From positions 32,488,001 through 32,552,000 of the forward strand of contig NC_087246.1 of NCBI RefSeq assembly GCF_037042905.1: a stretch of DNA of 64,000 nucleotides, given 5' to 3'. The position numbers were made by a program, and so were the translations under genes. The stretch comes from Lytechinus pictus (taxonomy: Eukaryota). This document shows positions 25,142 through 36,986 of the stretch, one piece after another. The notes beneath the pieces are model-generated. The model did no database searches. It saw nothing but the letters and a program-made list of their open reading frames with translations, and had not been told where the DNA came from. The stretch's first letter is position 1. The number at the start of each line of letters is the position of its first letter.

Positions 25142-26800
25142 AAATTTTTTTTTTTTGATTTGAATTTATTTTTCTTCTACATAACAATATAATATAACAT
25201 AAATGTAACAAACATATATTGACAATAAATCAGGTATAAATCATTTAGCATAAAATTAATAGCAGAAGATGGATTGCCATAGTAAGCAAAAAAATGCTTG
25301 AAAAATATGACAAACCGAAACATATTTTAACCATATAATCATATTATGAGCAGAATGGACAATAACAAATTATTAAAGTATCAATTAAGTATAATATAAA
25401 AAAGAGAAAAACAAAATCTAACAAGCCAAAACTTGCTATAANNNNNNNNNNNNNNNNNNNNNNNNNNNNNNNNNNNNNNNNNNNNNNNNNNNNNNNNNNN
25501 NNNNNNNNNNNNNNNNNNNNNNNNNNNNNNNNNNNNNNNNNNNNNNNNNNNNNNNNNNNNNNNNNNNNNNNNNNNNNNNNNNATGATGGAAACGGAATAT
25601 TGGAACATGATTATGACACAAGAAAGTTTATTTTACATATTCCGATAGTAACATGACCTTAACTTTAGCTTTGAATGAGTGTAGGGAGCAAGAGGATTTA
25701 ATTGAGTCTGGGAGAGGATTCCAAAGGTCAGGACCATGATGTCTTACGGATCTCTGGGCAATACGTAGTTTTGGATTGACTAAATGTAAATTAGAGGAAT
25801 TACGGGTGGGGTAATCATGAATGGTTTTATTCAAAGTATAAAAATTTTGAAATGAATTTGGTAGCATCCCATTTAAATACTTGAAAATGAACAATAAACT
25901 TTGTAGTGTATTAATGTCAAATACTGTCAGAGTTTTTAATTGGTAAAATAATGGTTTGGAGTGAGATAAATATTGTGAACCGGTACAAATGCGAAGCGCT
26001 TTCTTTTGCAATAAGTGAATAGAATTTATTTTTGTTTTGTTTGTTGTGGCCCATACTAAATTGCTATACGTTATATACGGTAAAATCAATGAATTATAAA
26101 GCAACGCAAGTGTTTTGCAAGGAATACATTTCTTTAATTTATATAGTATACCAACATTCCTAGAAATAGAAGTTATTATATGGCGTATATGTTCGTTCCA
26201 ATTTAAATTTTCGTCAATGACGACACCCAAAAACTTCGTTTGATGCTTTCTTTCAAGAGGAACATTATCTATAAATATGTTGTAATGTATGTCATTTATG
26301 TGAGATTGTATGTGTTTAAAATACATGAAATTAGTTTTGTTGATATTGAGAGACAATTTGTTACATTTAAACCATAAAGATAATTTCAGTAACTCATTAT
26401 TTAGTGTGTCAACTAGGGTGTTAAGGTTATAATGTGAGTAAAATATGTTAGTATCATCTGCAAATAATATAAACGATAGAAGAGAAGTTGTATTAGTTAA
26501 GTCATTGATATATAATAAAAAAAGTAATGGGCCTAATATCGATCCTTGTGGGACACCGCATCGGATTGGTAGAAAAGTTGAAGAAACATTATTAAATACA
26601 ACATATTGTTTTCTATTGGTTAAATAGCTTTGAAACCAGGAAAGAGCAACACCACGAATTCCATAAGAGTAAAGTTTTTGAAGTAAAATTTGGTGGTCAA
26701 TCGTATCAAAGGCCTTTGATAGATCCATAAATACCCCTATTACATGTTCTTTATTGGCTATAGAATCTGTTATTTTATCATATAATCTAATCAGCGCAAA
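25142..26800 (-). mobile_element. 5'-truncated L2/Crack-type LINE with uninterrupted RT C-terminal ORF (25628-~26800)
   Basis: DLSKAFDT, GVPQGSILGPLLF, FADDT and FLGVVID motifs. The 3' UTR spans the N gap and ends in AATAAA plus an A-rich tail at ~25142-25170. Confidence 0.9.
25442..25582. other. Assembly gap (141 N)
   Basis: Run of N within the LINE 3' UTR. Confidence 0.99.
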
Positions 26801-27148
26801 TTGGCTTGGTAAAACGCGTTCGCATGATGTCATCAGCAAACATATAGACTCCTGTCCAGCTGTCACAATATTGATTAGAAACCTTCGGGATTCATATTAG
26901 GTGAGGTATAGTACGTCCAAGAGTTGGATAAATATTGTCAGAAGTGAAGACTACTCTGTCAGTAACTGTCAAGCACCTAAAAACCTATTTGCTTATACAT
27001 GTCTTTTATATCTTCTGCTATTGTCCTTTATATCTTAAATGTTGTCTTTCAATCACATGGGTTTTTTTCTGTGGCGGGGGATCACTTGTCTATATCCATG
27101 CACGCACGTTTTGACATACATCCTTATCACATTTTTTTTAATATTAGA

Positions 27149-27297
27149 GGTGCGGAGGTGTTGTGGCTCAGTGGATGGGTCTTCGGACCTAGAACCATAA
27201 GGTTCGGGGTTTAAATCCTTCCGCAGGGCTCGCATCCTTTGGCAAGGGGCTTATCTTCATTTGCCACTCTCCACCCAGGTGTAATAAATGGGTACTC
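27149..27297 (+). mobile_element. tRNA-derived SINE, 5' part
   Basis: A-box-like TGGCTCAGTGG and B-box-like GGTTTAAATCC, followed by the core CCTTTGGCAAGG...CCACTCTCCACCCAGGTGTAATAAATGGGTAC, which is shared with the SINE at 63651. Confidence 0.75.
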
Positions 27298-28884
27298 GTC
27301 ATATTCAAATGACTTTGATCAATTAGTATTGACACAGCTAATCTTAATAATCTGTCTTTACCTTTCTGTAAATAGGAATGTTGGTAAATGATAATCTTCA
27401 TTTTTGTTAATATATTCTAAAATATAATCATTCCATTATGGGTAGTAGTGAATGGAATTACACTGATATATCTCTCATCGTTTTGTTCTCGTGCAATCAA
27501 AGGCAAGACAGTTTTAGACAACATGGCAAGCACAAAAATCAAGAGAACCAGATCACAGCGATCACGACACTAAAACGATCTCCGTCGCACTGGTCACAAT
27601 GAGTCTAGCCCCATCAACGGTTATCCAAGAAATCATTGAAGCAATATGGACAGCGACGAGGAATGTGAAGACGATTCTCTTTGATCTTGTTGGAAGAGTG
27701 TATCTTTCTAAACCAATTTTTTTTAATCCCCCTGAAATCAAACTGAAAGAACATAACAATTAACGTTTATGGAACATCCATATATATCAAAAAGTTCCTT
27801 ATCGATTTTATTATTTCAGAAAAAGAGTTTCTTAATTGGTTTAAAAGGCTGCACAACCAAGGTAGAGTTAACTGGCGCAGGGGTCGCATTGATCAAGAAG
27901 GATGCACCCGGGGGGGGGGGGGGGGCTTGCATTTGCACTCGTACTCCGGCTTGCTGAACCTTGCGATTCCCCCAAACGTGGGGCACTCGGACGTACAATT
28001 TATGATATTGGAGATCTGCGTTCGCGCTATCTCCTACAAGTCAACTCAAAATCGTGTACAAAAACGTAAAAACGACCATCTTGGTTGTGATTTTTTGCAT
28101 GGCAACCCCCCCCCCCCCACTTTCGGCTCAGCCCCCCCCCCCTTTCAAAACCGTTCCGCGGCCCCTGTAACTAATGCGAAGAAAGATAAAATCCACACGT
28201 ACAGGATACATGCTTTATGTCACTGCTTTTATTAATACGTCTATCGTGTTGTTGTCGAATTTGACTTCGCCCCAATGATTTTTTTTTCAAGTGGTGAAAA
28301 AGGCCAATAGGAGAAAAATAAAACAAATGTGAAAAAAGAGAAAAGAAGAGCATTAAATTAGCAGTGTAAACTATATTCACTTCAACTGAGATGAAAGTAG
28401 TTTGCCTTGCCCCTTATCAAAATACCATTTCACAGCCCCTGGTTCAGGCAATATTTTCAGTGACATCCTTATCTTAAACCTCCGATTTCATCAAATACTC
28501 ACGAAAGCTGGAAGGATGTTCTCTATTCCTTTTAACAATCGCTTTGGAAGGTGGGTGGAATGGGCCTTTAAAAGAGGGTTTTTACTTTGGGAACATGAAA
28601 TACCGGGATTAACAAGTAGTCAATGTCACCGATAGAATGTGATCTCTGGACTCAGTCAGTACACTATGTTTTCAAACATGATATAGGGCATGTGATATCA
28701 CGACGTTGTTGGATGCGCACATAATATAATCACACCTTAAACGATCGCGTTATCTTAACTCTCAAAAGCTCAAGGGATTGTAAGGTGAGGATCGAATCTT
28801 TCAAAGTCTTGTTCGTTCACACTGCATGCTCAACGACGTAGTCAATCTCCGAATCCTGCTTCCCGGCTGAGATCAAGTTTCACC

Positions 28885-29155
28885 ATGGTTGTCAAGGTTT
28901 ACGTGGATTACAGTTCGCAGCCTAGCCGCGCTCTTGTCATCTTCCTCAGAAACACCAAAATCCCTTTCGAAATCGTAGAAGTAAACCTGATGGGAGGTAA
29001 GCGCTATTGAATTCGAATTAATGAAAACCAATACGAAAACAGATCATGATTTCTTGTAAATGAACATTATTATGCATGTTGTTTTAGTTGAAGATGGGCG
29101 ATCTTGAAACTGTGATCGCTGATTGAATGATTTTTTTCCTTCTTTTCTTGGTCGT

Positions 29156-29189
<34 letters not shown>

Positions 29190-32100
29190 GGGGGGGGTCC
29201 CATGGCACCAAATCCTGCGTCTATTTTCCAGTGGGAGGGGGGTAGTCCTTAATAGAAAATTATTTCCTTCTTTCCTGGTCATGAAACTTTCATTTATTTA
29301 TTTCCTTTTTTTTTTTGGGGGGGGGGGTCCCATGGCAGCAATCCCCACGTTTGTATTCCAGTGGGGGGAGGGGTAGTCCTTAAGACCAATTTTTAAAGCA
29401 ATATTTGCATATTTCTAAAACAAGATTAGATACTTCGTAAGGTCTAGATCAGTAATGCGAGCGCAAAGAAATCCTGAAAATGAGCCGTATTGAGGACTCT
29501 TAACGGAATTCATGGTTATTTCCATTTTATACACTCCATTCAAATTTAAATTTCCCTTTAGTATGTATTTTACATCACATACCTGATTAAAGAAAATTAA
29601 CAAGAATAGAAAGATGGTAAAATAAACGGGAACCTTTATGTGTGCTTGGTTGCAGGGTGGGGGAAATTTAAAAAGATAATGCGATGTATAAATCATTAAA
29701 CAGTTTTCAAAATGAATGTTTTTATTCAATAACAATAAATATTAAAAAAAAATTATGTGAAAACAATATCAATGGTCATTATGCGTAATACGATAACAAT
29801 CTACTATCACCATGATAATCGCCATTATTATTATTACAATTACTAGTACTATAATTATTATTATCAATATTATTATTATCATTATTATTGTTATCATCTG
29901 TTATTGCTATTATCATTATTATTACTATTATCATTTATTATTATACTTGTCGTTTGATTCATCATATTGAAATATTACGTTCGACCTGATCAGGGATGAT
30001 AACACAGGCCATCACCCCCTCATTTGAAATATAGGGGGGATATTGGCCCCTACCCACCCCCCCCCCTCCCCGATCGACACCCATGGTTAATCCTGTTAGC
30101 TCTCACAAGTTTATCCTTGAAATGTGAATTCGTACAATCGGTTCGTGAAATATGCATTATACACTGCAAAAACTCCGGTGTTGATTTAACATCAGCCCGG
30201 AAGCTATAGATGTCCACACCAGAGAAATATTGAAACAACACCAGTTTGGTATCAAACCGATGCTGTTTTAATACTAATTGGTGTTGTATAAACACCTATC
30301 TGGTGTTAGACCAAAACGAAACTGGTGTTGTTTAACACTTCTCTGGTGTGGACATTATAGATTCCTGGCTGGTGTTAAATCAACACCAGAGTTTTTGCAG
30401 TGTAGGCAAAAGAAGTTGATCAAATGATTTGAAAATATCATTGATAAAAAGAATAAACGAAAGGGACCTAAAAAAGATCCTTGATGAACACCATATGCAA
30501 TCACTTAAAGTTAAGATCGAGTTGCGTTGGTACATTGATGACAATTATAAAGATAGCCAGAAAAATAGATCACCACGTAACATCTGCTACATAAGATTGT
30601 TCTACGGATATCAATGAAAATTACACCTAACCAAAACTGTATCCGCACATCTTTCTTCACAAGACAGCAAAAGCACATACAAGCATTCTAAATGGAAATA
30701 TGACGCCCAACCTGTTATCCATCCACTGTAACATTAAATTGCCGCAATGTTCTTCGGTTTTGACCTGGATTTTGCTTCATGAAGATGTTCTGAAGTCACT
30801 TTCACTCACGTTAAGCGACTGACCTCCCCTGGCAGATCCAGGGGGCACAGCCAGCCCGTGCCCCCCCCCTTTGAGATGCACAAATTTTTTCGTGGACGAA
30901 ATCCCCTGAATTTTCGGTTGAAACACCTTTTTTTTTGCTTGTCAAACTTTTCCTGGGGAAAATGTGCCCACTCTTTCGAAAAATCCTGGATCCGCCCCTG
31001 CAGACCTATCTGGCAGTGTCTAAAACTCGTCAAATTCCAGTTATTCGTAAACGCATTAATAACTTTATGACCAGCTTTATAAAACATCATATGATCATGG
31101 TGATGCAATTTACAAATATTAGACCAATTGCTATTTCGTTCATGACCAGCAATCCAGCATGAATTAAATTTCATGAAATGGCACCTGGATAACAACACGA
31201 TCTTCTTTCCACCATCGAAAATAAACTATGCTGCAACTGGTCAGTATGCGGATTAGATTGTTGCGAAATCGCCTCCGAAAAGAGAGGAATAAAATAGAGG
31301 AGCTAAAAATCAGTATAGCATTGAAACAGATTCAATCTACCAAAATCTAGAACCAACATTCTTGATAAAATTAATATCAAGGATGAAAATCAGAGCAAAC
31401 ATAAGAAAATAATAATGATATTGTTGATGAAGTAAAGTTGTGATGAATAAATGATATTTAGAATTATAACAAAAGCTTAATTGGGTATTTTTTCTTCGAT
31501 AAAAACACAAAACAAACAAACCAAACAAAAAACACTATCGATTTATAATTTTGTTTAACATTTACAAAACAGCTAATTGTTAATAAAGAATGTTTATCCA
31601 TGTATTTGTTAATCTTTTCATTTATTAATTTTTCTTTTACATTTATCAACGTTGTGAATTGTTTTGTTCAGAAGACCATCAGAAACCCGAGTTTGTAAAA
31701 ATAACTCCTCTCTGCACTGTACCAGCCATTCAAGACGGTGACTTCAGCATGGGTGAAACGTAAGTTAGTGTCCCTTGTGTTAAAATTGAAGGAACAATCA
31801 CCTTCTGATATTTCAGAATACATAATATTTGGGAATACTTATGTCATAGGCTTTGTTGACTATGGGTCACGAGTCAGCATTGTGTGGATTGGATCAGCTA
31901 CAGCCTCTTTGATCAGTATAATCTCAAGTCCATTACTATTAATTACTATGGCCTGTCATGTACGTTGTTGGTTTTATACCAACCATTCCTACTGGACAGA
32001 ACACAGCGTCCCACAGTGAGTGCCACAGTGTGGGACACAATATGAAATCACATTCACACTGTTAAATTTGAGCATTTTAACGTGTGAACAGTCACACTGT

Positions 32101-35100
32101 CGAGGTGTTCAGTAGAAATATCTTCATATTGTTGAATTTGAGCATGTTAACAGTGTGAATACCATTTTCACATAAATTGTGTCATTTCCAGCAGGGATTA
32201 AATGCTTAAATCACATTGCCTTATTATATTTCCTTATCAAAATAATTTTCCCAGCTGTATAGTTTTTACACCATTTATAAAATATTATTTTGCAGAGAAA
32301 ATAAGGGTTACGTTATTATTTTCGAGTATTCTTGTTTTTCTAATAGAGGCCAAAATAATGCATAGGCCTGTCAAATTTGTATAACGAAAATCAACAACCT
32401 ATTTTATTGTTTATGCATTAAAAATATCAATTAACTATACGTGGCGCAGTGTTACGTAGAAGATTCACGGGGAATGGAGTTGCTTCGAAGATAGTTGCCC
32501 CTTAGCATTTTTTCATGCCGTGCCTTTATTTCAGAATGCACAATTATCCCCTAGGGACCGAAAACGGCATGGTATTTTACATGTCTATGTATTACTAGGA
32601 GAAAAACTCATTTACCCTGTATGACCCATAATTATGATATATGTAATGATCAAACTGAATTCGTAAAGAGAGAGTGAACTTAATCATTGAGAATATACCC
32701 GATATTGTCATTAGGTAGAGTTTTCGCATTTACTACGGGGAAACTCTCTACAACGCATCGATTTCTTTGAAAATGCAATTAAAATCACAATGAAGAGCTC
32801 AGAGGCTTTTGTCAAAAATTGCTGGACTGGGACAGCAGATCATCCGAAGATTTGCACCGGACGAACAATATTGAAAAATTTGTCGTTGTCCAGAGTCAAG
32901 AGATTCCGATGCTGCCCGGTCCACCAACTTTCGACAAAAGCCTTTCAGCTCTTCATTGTGCTTTGACTTGCATTTTCAAAGGACTTGGTGCATTGTAGAG
33001 ATTTTCCCCGTAGTAGATGCGAAAAGTCCTGATATCATACCTGAAAAATCCAGTAATCATGGTAAAAAGCTATACACTATTATTTTTCTGCGAGATTTCG
33101 ATCTCCATTTTGCAAATTGCAATTGTATATGGGTCCATCAAATATGTGACTCGCATGATTTTTAGTGCTGTGTCACCCAAAGAGGTTCCACGAGACCCCA
33201 TATGCAAACTGACATGTTGGAAAAAAATCCATACATTTTCATATTCCTACGGAATGTTGCCTCATTATGATAAAAACACACACTCAGGCACTATTCTAAA
33301 ATCTAAGACATTTTTAAAGCAGATAATCTAAAGACATAACCGAGTACTTTTGATTCAATATGATATTTTAGTATTTGCATTCATCTCGGTTTTTTCTTCA
33401 ATTGATGGAAATTTATTTAGATAATTATAAAATAGGTATATTATTTCAAGCATCGCGATTGACCACTACGCGTCACATGACATCCAACTTGTGTTTTGCA
33501 TGCACGGCAGTGCAAAAGGTGCGCAACGAAAATTTGCATTGCACGCTCAAGCAGACCAGTGCGGTAGAAGTCCCGAGAGAAGTCAAACAAAACTGCACTG
33601 TAACTTTTTAAGAATTTGTTTCTGTGTTGCTATTTTATAAAACAAATAAAGCACTTGCTCTGTCGTACGTAAAAGTAAATGCAGAGAAAGCTTGGTTTCT
33701 TCAGATGGTGCACACTGGGCACTCGCCGCCAGCGGCTCGTGCACAGTGCGGCAGCTATCTAAAGAAACCTCGCGTGCAGCGTGCTCTGCATCCACTAACG
33801 CACTCGGCTGCGTGCATTATTTGTATACTAGTGAACCGAGTAGCATAATATTAATAAAGCCGATCTACAAGCGAGGCCCTCTATCTTGGGCTTTAGCCCG
33901 TAAAAAAATCGCAATCGCGTATGCAAATTGAGAGCGCCCTCGATTCTCTCTGTTCTTGGTATAAGATGTGAAGTTCGTATAGGTCCTCGGTTGCCATTGT
34001 AGGTAATTGCCCAAACACCAACACACACCTACCCTAACCCGCACCCACACGCACCCTACTATGTGCTCAATGTCCCTCTCACATTTCTCCTTTACACCAA
34101 GACAGGCTCGGACTACTTTGGCTCCCTATATACGTTGAGTCATTAACGTAGACATTCACACTCATTGAGAAACTTTTTTTTTTATAAGCGCCAATATGGC
34201 GGCTCAGCGATACAGCCGGGGTGTTTGGTTTATTTATTTATTTATTATTTATTTCTTACAAATCTTTATCGAGAGTGACAATACCAAGTATTAGACACAG
34301 TAAATATCCATATAAATTAACCTACATAGTTATTATTACTATAATGCAGAGTGGCGATCATCAGGTACTTGGCAACAAAGTATGCAGACCTAGTCCCCGA
34401 CCACTGGTACCCGAAGGATCTAGAGAAAAGAGCCAAAGTTGATGAATACATGGCATTTCATCATACAGGAACAAGAGGAGGATGTTGTGGAATCTTCTTC
34501 AGTGAGGTAAGTTGCACTGTATGAACTTTCCTTTATTTTGGCTGTTCACCAGTAGCGTTATGAGCATGATATTTTGAGAGGGCCAGATATGGCGGATGGA
34601 GCAAAGGTTCTTTTGAAAAATGCGGTGGTTTTTTGCCGAGTAATGTGAGTTAGCAAGGATTTTTTGCCTTTTTAATACAAAAAAGAACAATGTAATATTT
34701 CAGCCTTTCCTTTCATTTTCTGTCCTGTTCTTTTTCTTTTTTCTAGGGATTGTACAATTTTTTGTTTTGTTCTGTTTTTTTTTAGGGATGGTGCCTCCTC
34801 CAGCCCCCAACCCCCCCCCCCCATTCTGTACGCCAGCGCTGTACATTGATAATGATTCAACTGTTCTTGGGGATGTTAGAGTTTAATTTCATTTTCATGA
34901 TTTTGGGTGCGAATTTTTAGACAAATTTCTTTCTGGCGTTAGTGTGCCAAACTAAATTAACTTTTTACTTCAACGAAACCGATTCATATAATAATCTATT
35001 GCATGTTCTTTTCGTTTTTCTTTGAAACCCCTCCCCGCCCAGTTATGGCTGACGCAAGTTACGATGGGGTAATTATTATTTGAGTCTCATCCTCAAATCA

Positions 35101-36986
35101 CGGTTAATTGATTAAAGATGGATTGTACTCGTCACCTGTAATTTTATCAAGTATACATCAGTATACTTGATAGATTTTCCAAAGCAAGTACAACTTCTTG
35201 ATGGGCACCATTGGGTGTGTGTGTTTCCCTTTGAACGCCCCAAGTAGGCAGGGGTCTGGGAATAATTTTTGAAAAGGGGGTGCTGGTTTGGATTTAAAAA
35301 AATTGAAAAGCAAAATAAACTGGGGTTCCGTTTCAAAATGAAGTTGACTTTGGACAGAGAAAAATTGATAAGAAAAAAAAGGGTTTTCTCTTTAAAATGA
35401 AGGTGATTTTGGTCAGAACAAATTTGACGTAAAAAAAGTTATCGTTCTAAAAGGAAGGTGGATTTCTACATTTTAGCATGTGTGTAACGCCCCTAGTACC
35501 CCCCCCCCCCCCCGCTTCTGAGGACCATGCATAGAAACTCTATGGCGCCATGCAAGTAAAGCACATAGTCACTCCGCAAATATTAAGTAATACCTTGTTT
35601 GGATCTTGATCTTACAGGTTCTTATCCCGTTATTATCAGAAGGAAAGGAGCATGCATCGGAGGAAACATTGAAGAGAGACGAAGAAAATCTTACCAAGCA
35701 ACTTGATAAGCTGGAGAATGCTTTCTTACAGGACAATGATTGGTTGGCCGGGGATGACATCTCAATTGCTGATGTGCTGGCTGTTTCTGAGGTAATGCTG
35801 CTTTAAAAAATCATTCTGTTATTAGAATACATTGAATAATTCGCATGCATTCGTAATTCCGAAGGTTCGTATTTCCGAAGGTTCGGATATTCCGAAAGTT
35901 CTTTATTCCGAAGGTTCGTATTTCCGAAGGTTCGTAATTCCGAAGGTTCGTTAGTCCGAAAACGAAATGAGGTTCGTAATTCCGAAGGTTCGTTAGTCCG
36001 AAAACGAAGTGAGGTTCGTAATTCCGAAGGTTCGTTAATCCGAAAACGAAATGAGGTTCGTAATTCCGAAGTTTGTTAGTCCGAAAACTAATGATTAACG
36101 AACCTAAATTATTTCGTTTTCGGATTATCGAACCTTCGGAATAACGAACCTTCTGAATAACGCCACAAATGTTCGGATTAACGAACCCTTTTACGTTTTC
36201 GGATTAACGAACATCGAGGTATAGGCAATTTACGTGTTTCGGAATTACGAACCGTCGGAATAAAGAACCTTCGGAATTACGAACCTTCGGAATTACGAAG
36301 TGTAACCGAATAATTAATATCTGGAATCTTACGGGTTTGTGGTATGCAACGTTCATTGATAGACAACTGTATAGCCCACAACGCTGATTAATAAAAAAAA
36401 TTGATCCATGAACGTAGAAAGAAACTATTCCTACCTCCATGCAAAGGGCACGGTTCATTGATAGCATGCCTCTCGAAGAAGCAGAATTTTGCCTCACTCC
36501 CATTACCTCCACGATTTTCCACAACTGCTCGCGTAATGAAAATAATACAATACAAATACGAAGACGTAACACATTTAGAATGAAGGTCGTGTTATTTTCT
36601 CCAAACAAAAGAGTTACTTTCGCGTTGTCAAATAAAAAGATCCTTTAAAAATGTTCATGATGACTGAATTATTTTTCAATAGCAGTTTGGAGTTCTGGGA
36701 ATACTTCAAATTGATAAGGGATTAATACTTTCATTATGAAGTCGTATAAGTTAAACATTTATTACATTACAGATATCCCATTTTCACGCAATTTTATAGG
36801 CTCATATTTTTTTTCTTATGGGCACAGATGATGGAGAATACCCTGCATGGACGAGACGTGACAGTGGGTCGACCTAAACTCAAGGCATTCGTAGACCGCG
36901 TCAAGGATCGTCTGAATCCCATCTTTGATGAAATTCACGCAGAGATGTATGCGTGGAAGGACAAATACTGTAGTGAAATACTCTAA
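28885..36986 (+). CDS. Glutathione S-transferase theta class, gene 1 (5 exons, 229 aa)
   Basis: Exons 28885-28996, 31672-31759, 34350-34506, 35618-35791 and 36828-36986, all with GT-AG introns, totalling 690 nt in frame. Motifs DYSSQPSR, TVPAIQDGDF, HWYPKDL..RAKVDEY, GDDISIAD and GRPKL. The 112- and 88-nt first two exons match the mammalian GSTT exon pattern. Confidence 0.93.
29825..29945. repeat. Imperfect (TAT/CAT)n microsatellite
   Basis: Visible trinucleotide run. Confidence 0.8.
30162..30402. mobile_element. Palindromic TA-flanked MITE (family A, copy 2), in GST gene 1 intron 1
   Basis: TA|CACTGCAAAAACTC...GTTTTTGCAGTG|TA; homologous to 5352-5593. Confidence 0.9.
30828..30990. mobile_element. 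Short hAT-like MITE (GGCGGATCC family); further copies at ~45092-45281 and ~55285-55493
   Basis: Ends C(A/C)CTGGC(G/A)GATCC / GGATCCGCCCCTG with degenerate 8-bp flanking repeats (GGTAAGAT / GGTAAGGG at the GST intron 4 copies). Confidence 0.65.
32720..33025. repeat. ~300-bp imperfect inverted repeat in GST gene 1 intron 2
   Basis: TTTTCGCATTTACTACGGGGAAA...GGACAGCA pairs with TGCTGCCCGGTCC...TTTTCCCCGTAGTAGATGCGAAAA; arms are about 115 bp. Confidence 0.85.
35842..36307. mobile_element. Foldback/Mutator-like element with (TTCGTAATTCCGAAGG)n arms, copy 1, in GST gene 1 intron 4
   Basis: Tandem ~16-bp units that flip orientation near 36090. Termini CGCATGCATTCG...CGAAGTGTAACC. 8-bp TSD GAATAATT. 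Confidence 0.85.

Noticed and set aside
27480-27760. Coding-looking segment with an acidic tail (MDSDEECEDDSL)
   Set aside because: No consistent frame, splice sites or recognisable family; possibly decayed transposon sequence.
30420-30800. Possible decayed coding fragment in GST gene 1 intron 1
   Set aside because: Short interrupted frames with no motif that could be identified.
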